Shown: positions 21,990-32,800 of the stretch, piece by piece
Position numbering within the stretch: the first letter of the stretch is position 1
Layout: each line of letters opens with the position of its first letter
Assembly: GCA_030390025.1 (NCBI GenBank)
Contig: CM059432.1
Span: 22,818,001 to 22,882,000 of the forward strand
DNA: 64,000 nucleotides
Reading direction: 5' to 3'
DNA from: Squalus acanthias
Taxonomy: Eukaryota
Translations under genes and position numbers: made by a program
The notes under the pieces: model-generated
Told to the model about the DNA's origin: nothing
The model's input: the letters and a program-made list of their open reading frames with translations, nothing else
Databases searched by the model: none

Positions 21990-22260
21990 AGAACTTAAGT
22001 CCATGCCTCACTGGTCAGAAAACACAGGTCTTTGCCACCTCCACTGCAATATACCATCTGTCGTAACCTGATTAACAGATAACATCACAGACTGGCACAG
22101 CTCTTCCCGTCAAGGTCACCACAGCATTAAACTTCTTAATGTGCCGCAGATGGAATTTCCCAGATAATACCGACTGCAGTTCATTTCTGCATCAAGCTAC
22201 TAACTGATACCATTTTGCCTGCAAAACAACTTTATCACTTTCCCAAGGAATAGAAGACAC
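21990..22260 (+). pseudogene. Highly decayed Harbinger transposase remnant
   Basis: 22091-22138 translates TGTALPVKVTTALNFL, similar to TSLSVAVKVTVALNFY in the intact transposase. Confidence 0.5.
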
Positions 22261-22959
22261 CAACTGGATAGCCCATATCCTAACTCGCACCAAGTCCCGT
22301 TCATCCATCACCCTTGTTCTCTCTGACCTGCGTTGTTTCCTGGTCTGGCAACACCTCAATTTTAATATTCTCATCCTTGTTTTCAAATCCCTCCATGGCC
22401 TCAACCCTCCCTATAAATGCAAGTTGTTGTTGTTTATCATGTGGCAGTTAGTCATTTGTCAGGAAATCGTGCATGAAGCTGCACGGGTCCAATTCACGGT
22501 GCACCCAATTTTACAACCATCAATTTTCACCACGCAAATGAGACTGCACTATTGCCATGCAAGGGCTTCTTTTTTGGTATTATATTTTCATTTAAATTAG
22601 GTCCCTCACGGAAGTTTCTTACTGTGGGCAAAGGACCGAACATGGCATTTTGCTCATCCGTTTTACCTTGGCACATTAGGGCTCATAGGGCCTAACCTGC
22701 TCAAGCAGGCTTCTTAAAGATAGGTGGATGTGCTTATTGGAAAGCTTTTTTATTTATGCTCCATCTTGCTCCATGCTTTAATATTTTGTCTGGGAACGCT
22801 GCCATTTTTGATATTTATTGCTATCAATACTGTCCTTCAGTTTCTGCGGCATTTAAATGACACCACAGAAAGTGAAGAACAAATGTACTGCATGTTTCAG
22901 ATGAGGAAGAGGAAATTATGAAGGTCCACCAAATGTTGGTGCACCAATACTCAAGATGT

Positions 22960-24220
22960 TCTGTCTGCATCCATCACTACCCTAAGTTCCATGTTGACAC
23001 ATTTCTACCTGGATTTTTGAGAGGAGACCTGTCTTCGCCACCTCTGCTTCTGAAGACACACCACCACAGAGTTGTGCTATCTGCTACGAAATGATTTGCA
23101 CACAAGGGGCTGGATTTTCATTGACCCGTGGAGGCGGGTTTGGAGGCGTGTGGGGGGTTACAATTGTGAAAACTGGCGGGCAGGCACAAGCCCGCCTCCA
23201 TCCCGCCTCCACGCAATTTTCATTAAATCATGTCTGCTGGTCCCGACTCCGTCCCGCCTCTAAGAGGCGGGATAGGCTGTTAAGGCCCTTAACAAGCACT
23301 AAATTGCCTCTATAATGCCATTTTGAAAGGCCTTTGTAATTTTAACCCTTTTTCTACGTGAAGCACGCCTGTTCTGAACCACGAATGTGAAACCTGGCGG
23401 GAGCACATTTGGATAGCTGACTATCAGTGGCTGGCTGGCTGAGCTGGGAGTGGTGGTGAATGGGAGACATATCTGGGAGTGGTGGTGCAAGGGAGACATA
23501 ATCTGGGAGTGGTGGTGCAAAAATATCTGGGAGCAGACTTAGGGCTGCTGCTGCTCATTTTGCATCCAGGTCCTCTCACAGCGAAGGCCAGGCAGTCTTT
23601 GCAGACCTTCAATGCAGCAGCAATGAGGTGACTTTCAGACTGAAAACACTAATTGGGTCATGGGTTCCCACATGCTGGAACTCAATTACTCAATTAGGCG
23701 AAAATCGCATCAATCTCCCACATCCAATTGCAGTCGGGTGGATAACACGCAAAGTGGATGACACGACCCCAACCCGCCCCAGTATCAAAATCCAGCCCAA
23801 GATCTCTATCAGGCACAGCTCTTCTTGTAGAAGCTTTCATGCTATTGGATCTTTCCAAGACAACCAGGGACATATGCTACATCAGGCAGTCTATAGTGCA
23901 GAGCTGTATCAATAAAGTGATTGATGATGTGCTTGTAAGGGGCTACAGCTTGACCACTTCACCTGCAGAAAGGAGGCTGGACAGGACGCAGAGTTTTCTG
24001 GTAAACTTTCCTGAAGTGTAAGGTTCCACAGATGGTGCAATTGAGGCCAACAGGGTTCCTCATATGAATCATATGGCCTACATACAAAGAAATATTTGTA
24101 TTTTGGCCCTATCATTCAGATCTTCAAGTGGTCTTTGGCCACTGAAATAACATTATGTATGATCTTGGCCATTAGCCAGGAAGCAGCCATGATTCCATCA
24201 GTAAACAGCAGTCAATGGTG
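22960..24220 (+). pseudogene. Decayed Harbinger transposase interrupted by MITE A copy 3
   Basis: ETCLRHLCF*RHTTTELCYLLRNDLH|RSLSGTAL.. aligns by eye with ELCLRRLRFSKEVVTELCHLLQPDLQ. A PGSSHD-like motif (ccaggaagcagccatgat) lies near 24176. Confidence 0.6.
23107..23798. mobile_element. PIF/Harbinger MITE family A, copy 3
   Basis: 12-bp TIR, perfect AAG TSD. Confidence 0.92.
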
Positions 24221-24499
24221 TTTAAATGTTTAAATCTCTTCATGACCTCGCCCCTCTCTATCTCTGTAACTTTCTCCAGCTCTCAAACGCTTAGACTGAT
24301 AAGATCCCACCTTCTGGAATTCCCACCCTAATCCCTTCACCTGCCTTTCCTCCATTAAGCTCCGCCTCAAAACCCACCTCTTCGACCAACCTTTTGGTCA
24401 CCCTTCCTAATATCTCCATCTTTAGCTCACTGCCCATTTTTATTCTTACGCCTCTGCAAAGCGGATTGGGATTTTTTTTCTACATTAAAGGCGTTATTT

Positions 24500-26055
24500 A
24501 GGGGTACAGTAGTGTAGTGGTTATGTTATTGGCCTAGTAATTCAGAGACCTGGACTAATAGAGTCATAGAGTTATACAACACAGAAAGAGGCCCTTCGGC
24601 CCAACGTGTCCGTGCCGGCCATCAACCTGTCTATTCTAATCCCATTTTCCAGTATTTGGTCCGTAGCCTTGTATGCTATGGTGTTTCAAGTGCTCATCTA
24701 AATGCTTCTTGAATGTTGTGAGGGTTCCTACCTCTACCACCCTTTCAGGCAGTGAGTTCTAGATTCCAACCACCCTCTGGGTGATAAAGTTTTTCCTCAA
24801 ATCCCCTCTAAACCTCCTGCCCCTTACCTTGAAACTATGCCCCCTGGTTATTGACCCCTCTACTAAGGGGAAAAGTTCCTTTCTATCTACCCTATCTATG
24901 CCCCTCATAATTGTGTACACCTCAATCAGGTCCCCCCTCAGCCTTCTCTGCTCTAAGGAAAACAACCCCAGCTTGTCCAGTCTCTCTTCATAGCTAAAGC
25001 ACTCCAGCCCAGGTAACATCCTGGTGAATCGCCTCTGCACCCTCTCCAATGCAATCACATCCTTCCTATAGTGCAGAACTGCACACAGTATTCCAGCTGT
25101 GGCCTAACTAGCGCTTTGTACAGCTCCATCATAATTCCCTGCTCTTATATTCTATGCCTCAGCTAATGAAGGCAAGTATCCCATATGCCTTTTTAACCAC
25201 CTTATCTACCCGTCTTGCTGCCTTCAGGGATCTATGTACATGTACCCCAAGGTCACGCTGATCCTCTGTCCTTCCTCAGGTCCTACCATTCATTGTGTAT
25301 TCTCTTGCCTTGTTAGTCCTCCCAAAATGCATCACCTCACACTTTTCAGGGTTAAATTCCATTTGCCACTGTTCTGCCCATCTAACCAACCCGTCTATAT
25401 CGTCCTGTAGCCTGAGGCTTCCCTCCTCGCTATTTACCACCCCACCAATTTTCGTGTCATCTGCGAACTTACTGATCATACCTCTTACATTCATATCTAA
25501 CTCATTAATGTACACTACAAACAGCAAAGGACCCAGCACCGATCCTCGCGGTACACCACTGGACACAGGCTTCCAGTCACAAAAACAACCTTCGACCATC
25601 ACCCTCTGCCTCCTGCCACGAAGCCAATTTTGGATCCAATGTGTCAAATTGGCCTGGATCCCATGAGCTCTTACCTTCTTGACCAGACTCCCTTGCGGGA
25701 CTTTGTCAAAAGCCTTACTGAAGTCCATGTAGACTACATCAACTGCACTACCCTCATCCACAAACCTAGTCACCCCCTCGAAAAATTAAATCAAATTGGT
25801 CAGACATGACCTCCCCCTGACAAAGCCATGCTGACTATCCTTGATTAATCTTGCCTCTCCAGAGAATGTGAGTTTAAACCCCACCATGATAGCTTCAGAA
25901 TTTGAATTTAATTTTTTAAAAATATGGAAATAAAAAACTGGAATCAGTAAAAGTGACCATGAAGCTGTTGGATTATCGTAAAAACCCAACTGATTCACTA
26001 ATGTCCTTTAGTTGCTGTTGTTCTTATCCAGTCTGGCTTGCAAATCACTCCAGTC
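24500..26055 (+). mobile_element. tRNA-derived SINE split by a CR1 insertion
   Basis: Head tagtgtagtggttatg..cctggactaat (to ~24559) resumes at ~25859 with ccagagaatgtgagtttaaaccccacc. A related minus-strand copy lies at ~48230-48680. Confidence 0.6.
24560..25858 (-). mobile_element. CR1 LINE 3' part (RT), 5'-truncated
   Basis: ORFs with YMDFSKAFDKVP, GVPRGSVLGPLLF, SKFADDTK and ALERVQRRFTRMLPG, plus a CR1 3'UTR. Confidence 0.92.
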
Positions 26056-26154
26056 CAGTTTTGCCAATTCTCAATGTGCCCTTCTTAAATGATACTGAAA
26101 GACAGTCTACTTAGCCATACTGACGAAATGCACTTCCAATATTTAAAATTTTAA

Positions 26155-26500
26155 AAGAACATAATAACATAAGAACATAAGATGTAGGAGCAGGAGTAGG
26201 TCATTTGGCCCCTCGAGCCTGCTCCGCCATTCAATAAGATCATGGCTGATCTGATCTTGGCCTCAACTCCACTTCCTTGCCCGCTCCCCATAACCCTTGA
26301 ATCCCTTACCTTTCAAAAATCTGTCTATCTCCACCTTAAATATATTCAATGACCTAGCCTCCACAGCTCTCTGGGGATGAGAATTCCAAAGATTCACGAC
26401 TCTCTGAGAGAAGAAATTCCTCCTCATTTCCGTTTTAAATGGGTGCCCCCTTATTCTGAAATTATGCCCCCTAGTTCTAGATTCCCCAACGATGGGGAAA
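26155..26500 (-). mobile_element. CR1 3' end fragment
   Basis: (ataagaac)n tail and a 3'UTR like that at 51380-51480. Confidence 0.85.
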
Positions 26501-26574
26501 AGGTGACCTAATTTTCATTCTAAGTTGAAAAGATTTTGCTGCAGCCTATCAAAGAGGTATTGAAGGCAAGACAC

Positions 26575-28260
26575 TGTAAGGGGTTCGGTGTCGTGCTTGT
26601 ATCGCAGATGGTGCTGGTGCGGGGTTAGGCCTTCGTTGCCTAATACTATTACTTGCTCTGGTCTCCGGCCAGCCTTGTTGCAATAAGCACCTGTGAGTGG
26701 TTCGACTCACTCGCCCTTACGGTTCTAACACTGGACTTAGGTGCGAGAGCAGTAATGCAGAGAAAAACTCAAATAGACCTGGTTGAATAGTACGAAATGG
26801 AAATCTTTATTGCATAGCGTCCAAAATCATGAAGTACATGTCATAGGCACAAATTAACGATAGTACAAGTATACATACATTCATAAAGCTTGGTCTATGG
26901 TAATGAAGAACGCACGGCTCATCGTAAAAAGGGGAACACATTATACTTTATCCTTAATAAAAACCACCCTCCCCTATTAATACCTACACTACATCTAGAT
27001 TTGTAGGATCGGGAAACATGCTCACCACTCGTGATACTTCGGAGAATTTTAAAGTGAGGCACTCGGCTCGTTTCGCTGCAGCGCCTGACTGTCACGTGTT
27101 TTGAGGGGTCTCTGTACCCCACTTGTTTACTTTCGCTGCTGCTGCAAGCAGGCTGGGCTCCCCGTTGTCATGAAGAACTCGACAGTGCTCGGGCCCGGCT
27201 GTAGAACTCAAAGAAAAGTCTTCCTGGACCGACACCAGTTACCGGTAGAATTCAAAGAAGAGTCTTCTTGTATCGACACCGGTTGTCGATAGAATTCGAA
27301 GAAGAGTCTTTCACTGGTTCGTGCAGCAACCTATAGAGTTCAAAAATGGTCTATATATTTTCGGGCGCGGTCGGGGTTTACTGACCGTGGCGGCACGTGG
27401 ACTCTTCTTCTTCTCCTCTCATCTTGTCTTGTCTTGTCGGGCCTTCGGGTCCAGAACATCGTTTACCGACACTCGGGATGGTGCACCCGGTTACGCGCCC
27501 TCCGTCGAGGCGGCTCGTCCCGATTGAGCTCCACCCAACATTAGTCGACAGAGTCCAGAGAAACACCGAAGGCTGCTCGTCCAGCAGAGCGATACCCGAG
27601 GATAAGGATAGGAGAGATAAGAGCCGAATCAAGGGAATAAGAGAGCGATGGACATTTGTTGTCTATAGTTATAGTGCTGTGTTCCCTTATCTCCCGCTCA
27701 AATCTTAATGTTTGTCCTTTGTGAAATATTGGCGCTCAAAACTCCCAGCATGGGGTGATTCTTGTCTTTAACGGGTTTCGGCAGCACCTGAGACTGGCCA
27801 ACTACCCGTTAATGTTTTCCCCATTGTCGAACTGGCTCGGAGCCTCCCTGGCTGGGTTTTGGGGGCCCCCGAATACTTGTTTAATCACCCGAGAATGGCT
27901 CTCTCATTGTAGAGCCGTGGGGGTATTTGCGTATTGATGTGTCTGGATGGGCCTTCGATTGCCCAGTACAATGGTCCTTACTTGTGCATGGAAAATGATT
28001 CCAGCACTTATATCTTTTGCTATTGTCACAAATGCAAACAGGTTGCATCCTGTCTTTATCAGTGCTTATCGAAAATGTTTATTCGAACGCCATCTTGTCT
28101 GCCCACTGTGCTTCTGGAAACTTCTGCCACGATGCGCGGCGGCCATTTTACAGGCTTCTGTGTCCTGTTTAATCATGACAGCATTTCGTTTAAATAAACT
28201 GATCAAACGAATCTGCTTCTATCTCGTTATTTCGAATCGCGATAATTGCGAAACTTTACA
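26575..28260 (-). mobile_element. Probable solo LTR (1686 bp; ERV or Gypsy type)
   Basis: TGTAA...TTACA termini, ACAC 4-bp TSD (26571-26574 and 28261-28264), minus-strand AATAAA at 26806-26811, CpG-rich relative to flanks. Confidence 0.75.
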
Positions 28261-29374
28261 ACACCATACTGAAGTTCCTCCAGAGCTACATTCTAATCAA
28301 TGTATCTACTCAACTATCAGCCATACAAAGTCTCCAATTTCCTCAGGTATGTTCAGAGTTTAGAAGCCAGAATACAGGACACAAGGCCCTGCAGAAGGCA
28401 GAATTATGTACTACTGTTACAGGCAGTGCAGTCATGACTTCCAGCAGTCTACAACCAGTGCAATGTGAATAAGTCAAGGTTTCCTATCTACTTGGAATGT
28501 AAAGCCGAATATTCTTCCACGTGTCTTCTCAGTATATCATTCTTGTAACCAAGTAAGCAAACTGACCTTGATATTCTCCGAAAGTAAATTTTATAGTGAC
28601 ATTAATTGTACAATTCATCAAGAAGGAAAACAGTTGCTGTAGAATTTCCATACAAAGCTGTTACATTAAGTATCTTGGGGCTGTTATATGATAATTACAG
28701 GAAGTTATTGAAAATCAACTCAGTCTACATTTGTGACAAGTACAGGAATTTTGACCAGACGGTTTGTACATATATTAAAAAGCTGTGATAACCCAAATCT
28801 AAGATGGATTTTCGCTCATTTTCATTAAACTAAAATGCCTGCTTTAAACCTGCTAAGAATCCAGACAATGTGCATTTCCCTTTTTCACATTCTGTAGAGT
28901 CTACGTCGTGGTAACGTAGCCTAATCTTAGAGTGTTGAAAAACAATTTGCTGTGGTCACAAGTCAAAATACTATTTTTGTTTTGATATTCAAAGGAAATA
29001 ATTTGTGTTAAAAATGCTGTCAATACAATGGCCCAGATTTTTCTGCCAATGGACCCTTGAACAGCGCAAAAGAAGGAGGAAATAATGGAGTAAGTGACTT
29101 ATGCCATTAGTTTCCTGGGACTTTTGCGCAGCTCCGCCATTACCTTTGCCGAAAACAGTTCATTATCATAGCTCATAGCTCTGCCCCCATTAAAATCAAT
29201 GGCAATGGAGATTTTCCTGCATTTAAGCCATTTTTCTCACCACTACCACTTAAACATAAAAATAATGGTCCAAGTGGCTTTGCAGCGATGTGATTCATTG
29301 CTCCAAGATAGGGTTTAAACTCCCAGTTGTTAAAAATGTATTGCTGCCACAAAGATTAAACAACTAGAATCTTT

Positions 29375-31323
29375 GGGGGAAAAATTCAGTATCTTAGCGC
29401 CTTCCGTTAGCACCAGCAGATGGCGGTAACAGGGCGCTGATGCAGTAGCGCCAGGGCGAGGCAAATCCAGTGCCACACGGCAAATCCTGCCCCCCCCCCA
29501 TTGTGCCGCCAGTACGAGGTACCGCCGGGGACTTCAACGCCAGGCAGATCGTGACATCAGTGAGTGTGCAATGCCTACCGGCTGCCCGATCTGCAAAATC
29601 TTTGTGCAGTGCTTGTCAGTGTTTGCAGCACCTCAATGCTGTATAACACTGACAGCGCAACTGTCAAAATGAATGCGGCCATGGTCCATAAGAACATAAC
29701 AAAATAAGAAATAGAAGCAGGCGTAGGCCATTCAGCCCTTCGAGCCTGCCCCACCATTCAATGAGATCATGGCTGATCTTCTGCCTCAACTCCATTCACT
29801 GGCCCTATCGCCATATCCCTTGATGCCTTTACTAGTCAGAAATCTATCGACTTCTGTTTTGAATATACCCAATGACTGAGCCTCCACAGCCCTCTGGGGT
29901 AGAGAATTCCAAAGATTCACCACCCTCTGTGTGAAGAAATATCTTCTCATCTCAGTGCTGAATGGCCTACCCTTTATCCTGAGGCTGTGGCCCCTGGTTC
30001 TAGACTCCCCAACCAATGGAAACATTCTCCCAGCATCCACCCTATCAAGCCCTGTAATAATTTTGTGTGCTTCAATGAGATCCCCTCTCATTCTTCTGAA
30101 TTCAAGAGAATACAGGCCTAGTTTACTCAATCTCTTCTCATACGGCAGTCCCACCATCCCAGGAATCAATCTCGTGAACCTTCGTTACACTCCCTCTATG
30201 GTAAGTATATCCTTCCTTAGGTAAGGAGACCAAAACTGTACACAGTACTCCAGGAGTGGTCTCACCAAGGCCCTATATAATTGGAGTAAGACTTCTTTAC
30301 TCCTGTACTCAAATCCTCTTGTAATGAAGGCCAGCATACCATTTACCTTCCTAATGGCTTGCTGCACCTGCACATTCACTTTCAGTGACTCATGTATAAG
30401 GACACCCAGTTCCCTTTGAGCATCTGCATTCCCCAATCTTTCACCATTTAAGAAATACTCTGCCTTTCTGTTTTTTTCTACCAAAGTGGATAACTTCACA
30501 TTTATCCACATTATATTCCATCTGCCATGTTCTCGCCCACTCACTGAGCCTGTCGAGTACCCCTTGAAGCCTCTTCACATCTTCTTCACAACTGACACTG
30601 CCACCTAGCTTTGTATCATCAGCAAATTTGGAAATGTTACATTTAGTCCCCTCATCCAAATCATTGATATAGATTGTGAATAGCTGGGGCCCAAGCACCG
30701 ATCCTTGCGGTACCCCACTAGTCACAGCCTGCCATCCTGAAAAAGACTCGTTTATCCCTACCCTTTGTTTTCTGTCGGTTAACCAATTCTCAATCCATGC
30801 TAGTATATTACCCCCAATTCCATGTGCCCTAATTTTGTTCACCAACCTCTTGTGTGGGACCTTATCGAAGACCTTCTGAAAATCCAGATACACCACATCT
30901 ACTGTTTCCCCTTTGTCTACTCCACTAGTTACATCCTCAAAGAACTCCAATAGGTTTGTCAAACAGGATTTCCCTTTCATAAATCCATGTTGACTCTGCC
31001 CAATCTTACTATTAGTTTCTAAGTGCCCAGTTATTGCATCCTTTATAATAGATTCCAGCATTTTCCCAACTACTGATGTGAGGCTAGCAGGTCTGTAGTT
31101 CCCCGTTTTCTCTCTCCCTTTAAGTAAACCATCTGATGACACGTCATCAAATGATGTCATCAGACCCGCTTCCTTTTAATTGGCCAGGAACCCCGCAGGA
31201 CGGGCTTAACAAGCCCTATTAACGGAAAATCCTTTTTACAGAGTGGCTGCAGTTGGGAACGGGACCGGAACCTGCCAACCACCTCTCCTGCCACGATCCC
31301 GCCTCCACTGGCGAAATCGCAGC
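29375..31323. mobile_element. Harbinger MITE split by a CR1 insertion
   Basis: Left end GGGGGAAAAATTCAGT resembles 16976. Segments 29600-29686 and 31116-31230 match 41489-41685. Confidence 0.65.
29687..31115 (-). mobile_element. CR1 LINE 3' part (RT), frameshifted
   Basis: NYRPASLTSVVGKMLES, QHGFMKGKSCLTNLLEFF, DFQKVFDKVPH, ISKFADDTK; ataagaac tail. Confidence 0.93.
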
Positions 31324-32214
31324 TACATTTCAAGAAGTACTTCATTGGCTAAAAAGTGCTTTGGGGCACCCTGAGATCGCAAAAGGTGCTATATAAATGC
31401 AAGTTCTTCATGAGCCAATCAATGCCAAAATAGCAAATAGTATAGGAAAATGTCAAGAGTGAGATTCCTAGTCAAAAAATGTTACAACACTATTTGAAAC
31501 AATTAATGTGGCCTTTTGAGAGTTTTATGTATTTGACCCAGAAGGAGCTTTGATTTAATTTATATTATTGTGTTGCTGTAAGGTCAGGTTCAATTGACAA
31601 AGGGTTAACTTCAACAGAGACACAAGACATTTACAATGTTTATTAGGATGACGAGGTGAAGCAGCAGATGGAAAAACCATCAAATTATCTCACAGTTAAG
31701 CACATCCCGGAGCAGTTCTACCCTGATGACAGAACGGGTTTTCGTTCAATATGCCCAACAGAGCTTAACTAAATAGACAATGCAATTGCCATGAGCTATC
31801 ACACCAGTGGGGTGAAGTGTTCGCAACGTGCTAACTTTGATTGGCAGTTTGGTGACCAATCCTCAGCATACAGCGTGAGGGAAGGGTCGGAAGTCAGCTT
31901 TTATCTCTATCTCTCTCTGGAGAAGTGCATCTCGGACAGTCTGAGCCTGAAACATCTAGTGGGGCAGAAAGAGAGAGAAATCTCACTATCATTAGTGAGG
32001 GAAGCTGTGAGACTATAGCCTCAGATATGAACACTGTTGGCCAACTTGTAAGTGAGCTTAGCTCATAACAGGGGCAGAGTTGCAAATTTTGTTCTGTTTT
32101 ATTGTACAAGCAGCAATACAACAACAACTTAGCATCTTTAACTAGGTAAAATGTCCTAAAGCGCTTCACACGAGCGTAATCAGACAAGAATTGACACCAA
32201 GCTAAAGAAATCGT

Positions 32215-32800
32215 CAATATAAACTAAATGGTAGAATTTTAAAGGGCTTGCAGGAACAGATAGTCCTGGAGGTGTATGTACACAAATCTTTGAAGGTGGC
32301 AGGACAAGTTGAGAAGGCTGTTAAAAAAGCATACGGGATCCTTGGCTTTATAAACAGAGGCATAGAGGACAACAGCAAGGAAGTTATGCCAAGCCTTTAT
32401 AAATCACTGGTTAGGCCACAGATGGCGCATTTAGGAATGATGTCAAAGTCTTAGAGAGGGCGCAGAGGAGATTTATTAGAATGGCACCAGGGAATCAGGA
32501 CTTCAGTTACGTGAAGAGACTAGACACGCTGTATTTGTTCTCCTTAGAGCAGAGAAGGCTAAGGGGAGGTGTTCAAAATCATGAAGGGTTTTGATAGAGA
32601 AAATAAGGCAAAACTGTTTCCAGTGGCAGAAGGGTCGGTAACTAGAGGACACAGATTTAAGGTAACTGGCAAAAGAACCAGAGGCGAGATGAGGAGAATT
32701 TTTTTTGTGCAGCGAGTTGTTATGATCTTTCAAAGAGCCGGTAGAGGTGCAATGGGCCGAATAGCCTCCTTCTGTGTTGTATCATTCTATGATTCCATGA
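32215..32800 (+). mobile_element. CR1 3' fragment within an L2 fragment (32115-33125, minus)
   Basis: VHKSLKVAGQVEKAVKKAYGILGFI motif and attctatgattc tail. Flanks resemble the L2 at 62200-62980. Confidence 0.75.

Noticed and set aside
27202..27353. Repeat-spacer (CRISPR-like) pattern
   Set aside because: The first two 'spacers' are related to each other (cgacacc.gtt), and the array lies within an LTR-like element.
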